64,000 nt of DNA from Longimicrobiales bacterium. Its GTDB lineage: Bacteria > Gemmatimonadota > Gemmatimonadetes > Longimicrobiales > Gaopeijiaceae. The stretch covers positions 3,776,001 to 3,840,000 of the forward strand of contig OZ250165.1 in the NCBI GenBank assembly GCA_965238005.1. The letters run 5' to 3'. Each line of letters opens with the position of its first letter. Within the stretch, counting starts at the first letter, position 1. Position numbers and translations under genes: made by a program. The notes under the pieces were generated by a model, which had not been told where the DNA came from, did no database searches, and was given only the letters and a program-made list of their open reading frames with translations. This document shows, piece by piece, positions 46,452 through 56,117 of the stretch.

Positions 46452-47495
46452 CTAGACCCCCGCCCCCACCTTCCTCTCCGCCGCCATCTGCACGATCAGG
46501 TCGCACAGTGCTGGGAAGCTGATGCCACCCGCCCGGGCGGCCTTGGGCAGGAGGCTGTTGCCCGTGAGCCCCGGGAGCGCGTTGGCCTCCAGGCACCACG
46601 CCTCGCCCGCCTGGTCCACCATGAAGTCCACGCGGGAGAAGTCCCGGAGGCGAAGGAGCCGGTGGACCTCCAGGGCCCGGGCCTGCAGCGTCTCGGCAAG
46701 CGCGTCTGGGATGTCGGCCGGGAAGATCTCCTCGGCCATCCCCGGCTGGTACTTGCACTCGTAGTCGAAGAGCGCGTGCTGGGACACGATCTCGCCCACG
46801 GGTAGGGCCTGATCGCCCAGGATCCCCACCGTGCACTCCCGGCCCTCGACGTAGACCTCGTACATCATGGGTGAGGGCGCCTTCGCGTCTTCGGCCACGG
46901 CGGCCACCACCTCGAGCTCCACCTGGAGCAGGGACAGGCGCACCGACGATCCCCCGGCCACCGGCTTGGCGATGACGGGAACGCCCAATCGCTCCATGAC
47001 CTGGTCGGCGTTGGGACTCAGCAGCCAGTCCGGGGTTGGGATCCCGGCGCTCCGTAGGATTCGCTTTGTGACGTCCTTGTCCATGGACAGGGCGCACCCG
47101 AGCATGCCGCTCCCGGCGTAACGGACCCCGGCGATGTCCAGGAGGGCCTGGAGTGTGCCGTCCTCCCCCATGCCACCGTGGAGCACCGGGAAGATGATGT
47201 CGGCCTGGACGATCTCCTCCCGGGTGGCCAGCGCGGTGCCTGAGGCGGTCGCTCCCCCGCCCGCCCCCCCCATTGCTCCCCCACCCCCCGGGCCCACGGT
47301 CTCGGACGGCGGCAGCGCCCGGACTCCCGACGCGAGGATGATCCGCTCGCCGAGCTCGGCGAGCGGGCCCTTCACGGGATCCAGGGCCACCACGTCGTGC
47401 CCGGCCTGCCGGAGGGCGTCCGCCACCTGGCAACCGGACACCAGCGAGACGTCCCGCTCCTCGGACTCACCCCCGAGAAGGACGACGACCTTCAT
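46452..47495 (-). CDS. ddl: D-alanine--D-alanine ligase
   Basis: GGESEERDVSL, LHGGMGEDG, MDK, KP..GGSS, FDYECKY, RVDF, EANALPG. Confidence 0.96.
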   Translation of the reverse strand: MKVVVLLGGESEERDVSLVSGCQVADALRQAGHDVVALDPVKGPLAELGERIILASGVRALPPSETVGPGGGGAMGGAGGGATASGTALATREEIVQADIIFPVLHGGMGEDGTLQALLDIAGVRYAGSGMLGCALSMDKDVTKRILRSAGIPTPDWLLSPNADQVMERLGVPVIAKPVAGGSSVRLSLLQVELEVVAAVAEDAKAPSPMMYEVYVEGRECTVGILGDQALPVGEIVSQHALFDYECKYQPGMAEEIFPADIPDALAETLQARALEVHRLLRLRDFSRVDFMVDQAGEAWCLEANALPGLTGNSLLPKAARAGGISFPALCDLIVQMAAERKVGAGV

Positions 47496-47497
47496 CC

Positions 47498-48889
47498 CTA
47501 GCCCACCGCCCCCGTGAGATCCCGCACCACGTCGTAGCGGGTCAGGATTCCCTTGAGCTCCCCGTCAGCACGCACCAGGACCGCCGGGTTCTCCCGGGTC
47601 AGGAGCCGCGCCGCCTCGTCGGCGTCCAGATGGCTGTCCACCACCGGGAAGGGCGCGTCCATGACCGATTCCACAGGCCGGTCCAGGAGCTCGGGGTCCT
47701 CGATGACGGTGGACATGAGCTCCGCCTCGGTGAGGGAGCCGACGCACTCGCCGTCCAGAACCACCGGCACCTGCGAGACGTGGAACGAGGTGATCGTGGA
47801 GAGGGCGCCCCGGACCGAAGTCGTGGGCTGAACCGTCACCAGCTCCGGAGCGTCGGCGCCCTTCTGCAGCACCATCTCGTGAATGCTCCGGTGTGCTCTC
47901 CTGAGGAAGCCGTTCTCCCGCATCCAGTCGTCGTCGTAGAGCTTGGACAGGTAGTGCTCGCCCCAGTCGCACAGGAGCGTGACGATCACGGCGTCGGGAT
48001 CGTTCACCTCCTTGGCGATCTCGACGGCCGCGTGGACAAGGAGTCCCGACGAGCCCCCGGCGAAGAGCCCCTCTTCCCGGCACAGCCGGCGCGTCATGGC
48101 GAAGGAGTCGGCGTCGCTCACCCTGACCCACCGGTCCGTGACGCTCATGTCCAGCGCTCCGGGGATCTTGTCGCTCCCCAGCCCCTCCACCTTGTAGGGT
48201 TCGCCTTCGATCATCTCGCCCGTGTCGAAAAAGGTCTTCAAGATCGATCCCACCGGATCCACGCCGATGATCTGCACGTCCGGGTTCCGCTCCTTCAGGA
48301 ACCGGCCCACCCCGGTAATCGTCCCTCCGGTGCCTGAGCCGGCCAGGAAGTGGGTGACCTCGCCGTCGGTCTGCTCCCACACTTCCGGACCCGTGCTTTC
48401 GTAGTGCGCCTCGGGGTTCGCGGGGTTGTAGAACTGATCCGCAAGAATGGCGCCAGGCGTCTCCCGCGCGATCCTCGCGGCCTTCTGCGTGTAGTGGTCG
48501 GGGTGGTCCGGGGGTACCGCCGTGGGAACGATCACCACGTCGGCGCCGAACGAGCGGAGGAGCTTCACCTTCTCCTGGCTCATCTTGTCGGGCATGGTGA
48601 AGATGCAGCGATAGCCGCGGATGGCAGCCACCATTGCCAGGGCCAGCCCGGTGTTCCCGCTGGTGGCCTCGACGATGACGCCGCCGGGCTTGAGTGCTCC
48701 TTCCCGCTCGGCCTTCTCCACGATGGCCAGGCCGATGCGGTCCTTCACCGATCCCCCGGGGTTCATGAACTCGCACTTCGCGTAGATCGTCCCGGGGACG
48801 CCCTGGGTGACGCTGTTCAGCCGAATGAGCGGCGTCCCGCCCACCACCTCAGTGACGTTGTCGTAGGGGCGAGCGTGATTCTCGCTCAT
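47498..48889 (-). CDS. cbs: Cystathionine beta-synthase (PLP domain plus CBS pair)
   Basis: NPGGSVKDR, EATSGNTG, PDKMSQEK, GSGTGGT, YKVEGLG, YLSKLYDDDWM and two C-terminal CBS domains. Confidence 0.9.
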   Translation of the reverse strand: MSENHARPYDNVTEVVGGTPLIRLNSVTQGVPGTIYAKCEFMNPGGSVKDRIGLAIVEKAEREGALKPGGVIVEATSGNTGLALAMVAAIRGYRCIFTMPDKMSQEKVKLLRSFGADVVIVPTAVPPDHPDHYTQKAARIARETPGAILADQFYNPANPEAHYESTGPEVWEQTDGEVTHFLAGSGTGGTITGVGRFLKERNPDVQIIGVDPVGSILKTFFDTGEMIEGEPYKVEGLGSDKIPGALDMSVTDRWVRVSDADSFAMTRRLCREEGLFAGGSSGLLVHAAVEIAKEVNDPDAVIVTLLCDWGEHYLSKLYDDDWMRENGFLRRAHRSIHEMVLQKGADAPELVTVQPTTSVRGALSTITSFHVSQVPVVLDGECVGSLTEAELMSTVIEDPELLDRPVESVMDAPFPVVDSHLDADEAARLLTRENPAVLVRADGELKGILTRYDVVRDLTGAVG

Positions 48890-48986
48890 GTCCGTATATG
48901 TCCTAATCGTGTGGTCGGGGCTGGACCTCGCTGCACAGTCAGCCTCCGGACCTCTCCGCTCGGTCGGGGCCGGACCTTCCGCACGG

Positions 48987-49364
48987 TCAGGGGCGGGGCT
49001 TCTTCGAGAAGTGGACGGGGACGTGGGCCCAGACCCCGATGCGCTTCCCGTACTTGCGAGCCGGGCTGAACTTGAGGGTTCTGGCGCCTCGGATGGCGGA
49101 GGAGTCGAAGGCGATGTGCCCGCTCGACTCCAGGACCAGCACGCTATCGACGTCGCCCAGAGCCGTCACCCGGACCTTGAGCATGCAGCGCCCCTCGATG
49201 CCCTGGTCCCACAGCTCCAGCGGGTATTCGATCGGCACCGACGCCGACAGGGGTGACGGGCTTTCGATGTCCGGGTCACTGGTGCAGCCCATGACGCCGG
49301 CGGCAAGGAGCGCACCCGCCAGGCGAGCGCCGGTCAGGCGAGCGCCAGTCAGAGATCGGTTCAC
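48987..49364 (-). CDS. TonB C-terminal domain lipoprotein
   Basis: GTGA overlap with the mutS stop; lipobox VMGC; YP...GIEG...SSGH.AFD..A...FSPA. Confidence 0.85.
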   Translation of the reverse strand: MNRSLTGARLTGARLAGALLAAGVMGCTSDPDIESPSPLSASVPIEYPLELWDQGIEGRCMLKVRVTALGDVDSVLVLESSGHIAFDSSAIRGARTLKFSPARKYGKRIGVWAHVPVHFSKKPRP

Positions 49365-52021
49365 TCCGCGTCTCCGGTTCCGGATTCGTCCCGGAGCTCG
49401 AACAACAGGTCCAAGGCTTCCCTCGGCGTCATCGTTTCCGGATCGATGGACCGGAGCCGCTTCAGGATCGGCGGCTCCGCCGCCGCGAAGAACGACAGCT
49501 GATCCGGAGGAGGCTCGGAACCGGGCCGATGCTCTCCGTAACGGCCCAGCCCCTCTCCTCCACCCGAATGTGTTCCCTCCAGCTCGGTCAGAAGTTCCCT
49601 GGCACGGGCGATGACGTCGGTGGGCAACCCCGCGAGGCGTGCCACCTGAATGCCGTAAGAGCGGTCCGCTCCGCCGTCTTCGAGCCTCCGCAGGAAGACG
49701 ATCTCGTCGCCCACCTCCCGCACGAGCACGTTCATGTTCTTCACGCCGGGGAGCAGGTCGCCGAGCTGGGTGAGCTCGTGGTAGTGAGTGGCGAAGATGG
49801 TCTTGCAGCCCAGGTTCTCGTGCAGGTACTCGGTGACGGCCCAGGCGATGGAGACGCCGTCGTAGGTGCTGGTCCCCCTCCCTATCTCGTCCAGGAGCAC
49901 CAGGCTCTGGTCGGTGGCCCCGTGGATGATGGACGCCGTCTCGTTCATCTCCACCATGAACGTCGACTGCCCGCGAGCCAGATTGTCGGAGGCGCCCACC
50001 CGGGTGAAGATGCGGTCGCACACTGGGAGTCTGGCCCGGTTCGCCGGCACGAAGGAGCCGATCTGGGCCATGAGGTGGATGAGGCCCACCTGCCGGAGCA
50101 CCGTGGACTTCCCCGCCATGTTGGGGCCCGTGAGGATGACGATGCGTCCGTCCTCGTCCAGGGAGAGGTCGTTGGGGATGAACGACTCGGCGGGCATCAT
50201 CGTCTCCACCACCGGATGCCGGCCGGCCTCGATCTCCACCTCAAACCCCGTATGGACCTCCGGACGGATGTACTGCCGCCGCTCCGCCACGTGGGCCAGG
50301 GTGGTGAGGACGTCGAGGCGGGCGGCCCGGGCACCCGCCTCCTGAATGCGGGACACCTCGGCCGCCACTCGCTGTCGCACCTCGCCGAAGAGCTCGGCCT
50401 CGAGCTTCTCCATGCGGTCCTCAGCGCCGAAGACCTTCTCCTCCCACTCCTTCAGCTCGGGCGTGAAGTAGCGCTCGGCGTTGGTCAGCGTCTGTTTGCG
50501 GATGTAGTCCTCGGGCACCTTGTCGCGGTTCGCCTTGGTGACCTCCAGGTAGTATCCGAAGACCCTGTTGAAGCCGACCTTGAGTGAGTTGATGCCCGTG
50601 CGCTCCCGCTCCCGGTTCTGAAGGCCCGCGATGAAGTGCCGGGCGCCGTCCCGGGTCTGGCGAAGGTCGTCCAGCTCCTCGGAGTAGCCCTCCCGGATCG
50701 CGCCGCCCTCCTGGAGCGTGGCTGGGGCGTCGGGCGAGATGGCCGTCTCCACGAGCTCGCGCACATCATCCAGGAGATCCATCTCGGCGACCAGGCCCCC
50801 CAGGAGCGCGCTCTCCGCCCCCTCCCCCGCATGCCGGATGGTGGGAAGCTCGGCCAGGGACCGGCTCAGGCCCAGGAGCTCCCGGGGCGAGACCCGCCCC
50901 GCCCCCACCTTGCCCGCCAGCCGCTCCAGGTCGGTCATGCGGCCCAGGGCCTCCCGGAGGCGGTCCCGCAGGTCGGGCTCATTGAAGAGCTCGGTCACCG
51001 CCTCCTGCCGGCTCCAGATCTCCTCGGCGTCCACCAACGGATGGAGGAGCCAGCGCCGGAGAGCCCGGGCACCCATAGCCGTGACGGTCTCGCCCAGCAC
51101 CGAGATGAGGGTCCCGCCCTCTTCGCCCACCCGCAGGGGCTCGACCAGCTCCAGGTTCCGGCGGGTCATCTCGTCCAGGAGCATGGCGCTCCCGCGCCGG
51201 AGGATCTGCGGGGTTCGCAGGTGCGTCACTCCCCCCGGCCTGATCTCGCCCACGTAGGTCAGGAGCGCCCCGGTGGCGCGCACCAGAACGCGGTCGTCCT
51301 TCTGGAAGCCGAAGGCGTCCAGGCTCTGCACGCCGTAGCGGCGCTTCAGCTCGTCGGCAGCCGTCTCGTAGTCGAAGACCCAGTCGTCCCGGTAGGTGCG
51401 GAGGACGCCGGGGGCCGCATCGGACAGTGCGGCGTGCGCAGCGCCCGGCGCTCCACCCACGGCCGCGGCGTCCTCCCCTTCCAGCGACCGCGGGAGCAGC
51501 AGTTCGGTGGGGTCGCGCAGCCCCAGCTCGGCCCGGAGCTCGGCGGGCGGTACGGCCTGGGCCGAGAGCTCGCCGGTGGAGAGGTCCAGGGTGGCCAAGC
51601 CCACGCCCTGCTCCGTGGCCTCGGTGAGGGCTACCAGGAAGTTGTTCCGCTTGGCGGTCAGGAGCGTGTCCTGGAGGACGGTTCCGGGGGTGACCGTCTC
51701 GGTGACCTCACGGCGGACGATCCCCTTGGCCTCGGCCGGATCCTCCACCTGATCACAGATGGCCACCTTCCGGCCCAGCTTGACCAGCCGGCCGAGATAC
51801 TCGTCCAGAGCCTTGGCCGGGACGCCGGCTAGGGGCACCCGTGCAGCGGCCCCGTTGTTCCTGGAAGTGAGGGTGAGACCGAGGAGGCGTGAGCCCTCTT
51901 CCGCGTCGCCGTAGAACAGCTCGTAGAAGTCCCCGACCCGGAAGAAAACAAGGGAGTCCCGGTGACGGGATTTCACCTCTCGCCACTGGCGCATCAGTGG
52001 AGTATCGTCAGCCTTTGGCAT
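49361..52021 (-). CDS. mutS: DNA mismatch repair protein MutS
   Basis: TPLMRQW, FRVGDFYELF, TGPNMAGKST, STFMVEM, DEIGRGT, FATHYHEL, SYGIQVA. Confidence 0.98.
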   Translation of the reverse strand: MPKADDTPLMRQWREVKSRHRDSLVFFRVGDFYELFYGDAEEGSRLLGLTLTSRNNGAAARVPLAGVPAKALDEYLGRLVKLGRKVAICDQVEDPAEAKGIVRREVTETVTPGTVLQDTLLTAKRNNFLVALTEATEQGVGLATLDLSTGELSAQAVPPAELRAELGLRDPTELLLPRSLEGEDAAAVGGAPGAAHAALSDAAPGVLRTYRDDWVFDYETAADELKRRYGVQSLDAFGFQKDDRVLVRATGALLTYVGEIRPGGVTHLRTPQILRRGSAMLLDEMTRRNLELVEPLRVGEEGGTLISVLGETVTAMGARALRRWLLHPLVDAEEIWSRQEAVTELFNEPDLRDRLREALGRMTDLERLAGKVGAGRVSPRELLGLSRSLAELPTIRHAGEGAESALLGGLVAEMDLLDDVRELVETAISPDAPATLQEGGAIREGYSEELDDLRQTRDGARHFIAGLQNRERERTGINSLKVGFNRVFGYYLEVTKANRDKVPEDYIRKQTLTNAERYFTPELKEWEEKVFGAEDRMEKLEAELFGEVRQRVAAEVSRIQEAGARAARLDVLTTLAHVAERRQYIRPEVHTGFEVEIEAGRHPVVETMMPAESFIPNDLSLDEDGRIVILTGPNMAGKSTVLRQVGLIHLMAQIGSFVPANRARLPVCDRIFTRVGASDNLARGQSTFMVEMNETASIIHGATDQSLVLLDEIGRGTSTYDGVSIAWAVTEYLHENLGCKTIFATHYHELTQLGDLLPGVKNMNVLVREVGDEIVFLRRLEDGGADRSYGIQVARLAGLPTDVIARARELLTELEGTHSGGGEGLGRYGEHRPGSEPPPDQLSFFAAAEPPILKRLRSIDPETMTPREALDLLFELRDESGTGDAE

Positions 52022-52202
52022 TCCGCGGGGTAAGGGGCTAGCGCGCCATGTCGAGCGTAAATGTGGTGGTCTCCCAACATACGATACCCACCCTCAGGAA
52101 CCCGATCAACCAACCGTGTCATGAGGAGGATCCTCCGACACGGCCTTCAGCCGGGGGATCAACTCGGTGCAGCTCCTGAACCGAGCCGACACCCAAGCAC
52201 CC

Positions 52203-52626
52203 ATGCGCATCATCGCCCACAACGGCGCCCCCGAGTGGGGCGGCGCCGAGATCACCCTCACCGACCTCCTGGCCGGACTGGCCGGACGGGGCCACGAGGT
52301 GACCCTGTTCGCAAACCACCCCGTGGTCATGGAGCGCGCCCAGGCCAAGGGCATCGCCACCCGGCAGGTGCATCTCGGAGGCGACATCGCGCTGCACAAC
52401 GCCGTCCTCCTGAGTAGGGCACTCCGTGTTGAGAGGCCCGACGCCCTTCTGGTGAGCACGTTTCGGAAGCTCTGGCTGGCGGCCCTGGGCGCACGCATGG
52501 CCGGGGTGCCCCGAGTCGTGGCCCGCGTCGGGCTCTCCACCGACACGCCCGGGAGCGCCAAGTACCGCTTCATCTTGAAGCGCTGCGTTGATCAGGTTGT
52601 CTTCGTGGCCGACGGGATGCGGAAAT
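52203..52626 (+). pseudogene. GT4 glycosyltransferase N-terminal fragment
   Basis: MRII...WGGAE...LAGRGHEVTL...ERPD...ARMAGVP...VDQVVFVADGMR, then runs into the antisense of copA. Confidence 0.8.
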
Positions 52627-53218
52627 CCCATCCGCCAGTGAAGAAGCGACCGCCCACATATACCATGATGGGTATGGTCAGCACACCGCTCAGCGCCCAC
52701 AGCCAGCGCATGGTGACCGGGTCGATGCTCCGGAAGCCCGGGATGAAGTGGGCGTATCCGATGATGACGACGGGCAGACCCAATGCGGCCCCGACCCAGA
52801 AACGCCGAAGGAGGCTCCGCGCCTCCTGCTCCCGCTCCTCGTCCCGGCGCTTGAGCGTCTCCTCGATCCCCTCGGCCTCGGCGGAGGTGATTCCAGGAAC
52901 GCTGCCGAGGGCTATCTCCACCTGGCGGACGCAGGCGGCGCAAGTCATGCAGCGGATGGCGACTTCCTGGGTGAGGACGGGCACCTCGTATCCGGCCCGT
53001 ACCACCGCCCAGGTCAGGGCTGCCACCTCAATGGCCTCCGGGTCGATCTTCAACCGGGCGCTTCCCTCGGCCAGGCTCACGCTGGCCTCCTGCACGCCCT
53101 CCACGGCCGTGAGGGCCCGGTCGACGGAAGCGACACAGCCGGCGCAGTGGAGACCATCCACCGGTAGCTCGATGACCGCCTATCCTGCCTGGCGATCCGT
53201 TGATGTCGCGTCATCCAT
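52627..53218 (-). pseudogene. copA: Heavy-metal P1B ATPase (CopA-like) N-terminal fragment
   Basis: GLHCAGC and MTCAAC HMA motifs, first two TMs, GGRFFTGGW; in-frame TAG after codon 12; rest of the gene deleted. Confidence 0.8.
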
Positions 53219-53224
53219 GGCGTC

Positions 53225-53410
53225 CTAGTGTTCCGTTTCCGAAGTTCGCGAGCCACCAAGAGGGTCGGGGCGCCCTGGGATCAAGGCGGGACGACGCGGC
53301 GTAGCGCAAGCGGGCACCGCGCGAAGCGTGGTCGCAAGAAGTCCCAACGCCGAGCCCACGGATGCACCGTGCCCTCGACTGGCCGAGACACTTTGGCAAC
53401 GGGACACTAG
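53225..53410. mobile_element. MITE-like element, 186 bp, CTAG at both ends
   Basis: Terminal inverted repeats CTAGTGTTCCGTTTCCGAAGT and rc CTAGTGTCCCGTTGCCAAAGT (18/21); no credible coding content. Confidence 0.8.
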
Positions 53411-53455
53411 AGTACCCCAGAGGGTTCCGAAAGCAGTACCCCCGGGGGCGGCCTT

Positions 53456-54025
53456 CTAGAAAGCGCCCGCGAATTTTCCGAAGATGTAGAGGCCGATCAG
53501 CACCGCACCGACGACGGCCCAGCGCACCACGCTTCGCGCAGTCATGGCTTCCGGGTCCACAGCGCTCACGGCCGTGGTGGAGGTCCCCGACGATCCCCGG
53601 CGGATCCCCTTCAGCTCGGTGAGGTTCCGCAGGAGGGCCCGGAGCTTCTTCTCCAGCTCGGCAGGACTCTCGGGCTTGGTGATGAAGTGATTGCCGCCCA
53701 GGCCGTAGCTCCTGGCCATGTCTTCGTCCTGGCTCGACGAGGTGAGAACCGCCACGGGGATGCTACGAAGCCGGTCGTCTCCCTTGATCTCCTGCAGGAC
53801 CTCGTGTCCGCCCATTCCAGGCATCTTCAGGTCCAGGAGCAGCAGGTCGGGGGGTGATTCCCTGACGAGGGCGACAGCCTCCTCACCGTTCCGCGCCCTG
53901 CGGATCTCCACCGGCACGTCGACGGCCCTCTCAAGAGCCATCTCGATGAGAAGCGCGTGGTCGTCGTTGTCATCGGCCAAGACGACGTGCCACACAGACT
54001 TTTCCGTTCGCGCCATCACACTCAC
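53456..54025 (-). CDS. Response regulator receiver domain with a C-terminal TM anchor
   Basis: LADDNDD, LLLDLKMP, LTSS, ITKP; hydrophobic C-terminus. Confidence 0.9.
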   Translation of the reverse strand: MSVMARTEKSVWHVVLADDNDDHALLIEMALERAVDVPVEIRRARNGEEAVALVRESPPDLLLLDLKMPGMGGHEVLQEIKGDDRLRSIPVAVLTSSSQDEDMARSYGLGGNHFITKPESPAELEKKLRALLRNLTELKGIRRGSSGTSTTAVSAVDPEAMTARSVVRWAVVGAVLIGLYIFGKFAGAF

Positions 54026-55110
54026 CTAATCGGCCCCTCTTCGCTCCCGTTCGCGACGGCCACGGCATCGTAACCCAACCCGTTGATCTCGGCCACGAGC
54101 ACGGACGCCGCCACCCAATCGGCGAACCACCCTACCCGGACTCGGAAAAGTGGGTTCCCTCGTACACGCACCACGCGGGTCTCAAGGCCTTCCCTGGCCC
54201 GGACCGCCGCGAGCCGCTGGGCGCTCGCCTCCACGGAGAACGCCCCGAGCTGGACTGCCCATGGGCCAACTGCGCCCCCCGAAGCAATCCCCGGCTCCAG
54301 CGCTGCCCGTCCGGCCGGCTCCAGCGCTGCCCGTCCGGCCGGCTCCGGTACTGCCTGCTTAACCGGCTCCCGCACTGCCTGCTCAACCGGATCCCGCGCC
54401 TCCACCTCTGGCGCCACTCGGGCATTCCCGGCAGCCTGGCCCCCCGGGGCCGCAGCCGCTCCGGCGTCTTCGATCTCTCCGGGGTCGTCCGCGAGCTCCT
54501 GTCGCGCCGTCACTGCGTCCCGAGCCCAAGTCACGGGGTCGTACTGGAAGACGCCGGAGAACCCTCCGAAGAGGTACAGGGCGGCCAGCACCGCGGCGAC
54601 GAGGCCCCAACGCCCGGCGTTGAGGGCGAACCGGGCCTCCGGGTCGACGGCGCTCTCGCCCGTGGTCGAGTGCGAGGATCCACGACGGATCCCCCTCAGC
54701 TCGGCAAGGTTACCCAGCAGGACCCGGAACTTCTCCTCCAATTCGGCGGGACTCGCCGGCTTGGTGATGAAGTGATTGCCGCCCAAGCGGTAACTCTCGG
54801 CTATGTCATCGTCCCGGTCCGATGACGTGAGAACAACCACGGGGACACTCCGTAGCCGGGGGTTTCCCTTGATCTCGTCCAGGACCTCGTGTCCGGCCAT
54901 TAGCGGCATCTTCAGATCCAGGAGCAGCAAGGAGGGGGGTGATTCCTTGATGAGGGCGACAGCCTCCGCACCATTCCGTGCCCGGCGGATCTTAACCGGC
55001 ACATCGGCCGCCTTCTGAAGAGCCGTCGCGATGAGAAGCGCGTGGTCGTCGTTGTCCTCGGCCAAGACGACGTCCCACTCGGACATCTTTCTTCGCTCAA
55101 ACACGCTCAT
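54022..55110 (-). CDS. Receiver-TM-linker-SPOR fusion protein
   Basis: ATGA-coupled start; receiver (LAEDNDD, LDLKMP, TKP), TM, Ala/Glu/Pro linker, AVQLGAF...FRVRVGWF SPOR domain. Confidence 0.88.
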   Translation of the reverse strand: MSVFERRKMSEWDVVLAEDNDDHALLIATALQKAADVPVKIRRARNGAEAVALIKESPPSLLLLDLKMPLMAGHEVLDEIKGNPRLRSVPVVVLTSSDRDDDIAESYRLGGNHFITKPASPAELEEKFRVLLGNLAELRGIRRGSSHSTTGESAVDPEARFALNAGRWGLVAAVLAALYLFGGFSGVFQYDPVTWARDAVTARQELADDPGEIEDAGAAAAPGGQAAGNARVAPEVEARDPVEQAVREPVKQAVPEPAGRAALEPAGRAALEPGIASGGAVGPWAVQLGAFSVEASAQRLAAVRAREGLETRVVRVRGNPLFRVRVGWFADWVAASVLVAEINGLGYDAVAVANGSEEGPIR

Positions 55111-56117
55111 CGGATCGGCTCCTCTTCGCTCGCGTTCCCGACGGCCACGGCATCGTAACCCAACCCGTTGATCTCGGCCACGAGCACGGACGCCGCCACC
55201 CAATCGGCGAACCACCCTACCCGGACTCGGAAAAGTGGATTCCCTCGTACCCGCACCACGCGAGTCTCAAGGCCTTCCCTGGCCCGGACCGCCGCGAGCC
55301 GCTGGGCGCTCGCCTCCGTGGAGAACGCCCCGAGCTGGACGGCGTATCGCCCGACCCCCTCGGTCGGAGTTTCCTCCTCCGCGGGGGCATCCTGCTCAGC
55401 CGGTGCCCCAGCCGGGTCCTCCCCCCGGCCTTGAGCCCCCGGCTCGCCCTGCCTATCTTGCTCTTCCTCAGCCGGATCCCGCACCGCCGAATCAGGCCCG
55501 GGCGGCGGCGGCTCCTCCAGCACCACCGCGGAATCTCCGGCATCCGCCCCGGCCCTCTGCGCCGCACCCTCGGCCTCCAGCGCGGCAGCGGCCTCGGCCG
55601 CCTCGATCTCCTCGGAGTGGGTGGCGAGCCACCGCCGTGCTCCCACCCGTGCTGCACTCTGGGGATAGTCCTGCAACAGCGTGCGGAAGTGACCTGCCGC
55701 GCGCAGCACATCCGCATCAGAGCCGGCGATCCTGGCCAGACGCGCCAGCGCCTTGTCGGAATACGGCCCCCCCGGGTACTCCACCACCAGTCGCTGATAG
55801 TCCAGGATCGCCATGCCCGGGTCCACGGTGAGGACGGCACGAAGCCAGAGTCCACGCTGGCGATCACGCCGGCTGGACCGGCTCCGCTCACTATCCCACC
55901 ACGTCTCCAGCTCGGCCCGGGCCTCCTCGGTGCGCCCGGCGGCGGCCAGGGCGGCGACGGAGTCCAGACCCTCCTGAGTGGTCGCCGGGGCCGGGACGGC
56001 CAACGAAAGCACGGCGAGAACCACCAGGAGTGCGCCGAGGTCAACCGACGGGCCCGCAGGGGATTCCACCGACGAGCCAGCCGGAACCGCCCACCGGATC
56101 AGCGATCGCGGTCCCAC
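55107..56117 (-). CDS. Exported TPR-like plus SPOR domain protein
   Basis: GTG overlapping the holA stop; signal-like segment, YQRLVVEYP and FRTLLQDYP TPR-like helices, C-terminal SPOR. Confidence 0.82.
   Translation of the reverse strand: MGPRSLIRWAVPAGSSVESPAGPSVDLGALLVVLAVLSLAVPAPATTQEGLDSVAALAAAGRTEEARAELETWWDSERSRSSRRDRQRGLWLRAVLTVDPGMAILDYQRLVVEYPGGPYSDKALARLARIAGSDADVLRAAGHFRTLLQDYPQSAARVGARRWLATHSEEIEAAEAAAALEAEGAAQRAGADAGDSAVVLEEPPPPGPDSAVRDPAEEEQDRQGEPGAQGRGEDPAGAPAEQDAPAEEETPTEGVGRYAVQLGAFSTEASAQRLAAVRAREGLETRVVRVRGNPLFRVRVGWFADWVAASVLVAEINGLGYDAVAVGNASEEEPIR

Noticed and set aside
52167..53228. 353-aa glycosyltransferase as one intact gene
   Set aside because: Only the first ~140 aa are GT4-like; the rest is the antisense of the copA fragment.
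54293..54395. 24-bp tandem repeats as a separate element
   Set aside because: They are in-frame linker repeats (EPAGRAAL, EPVKQAV) inside the receiver-SPOR gene.
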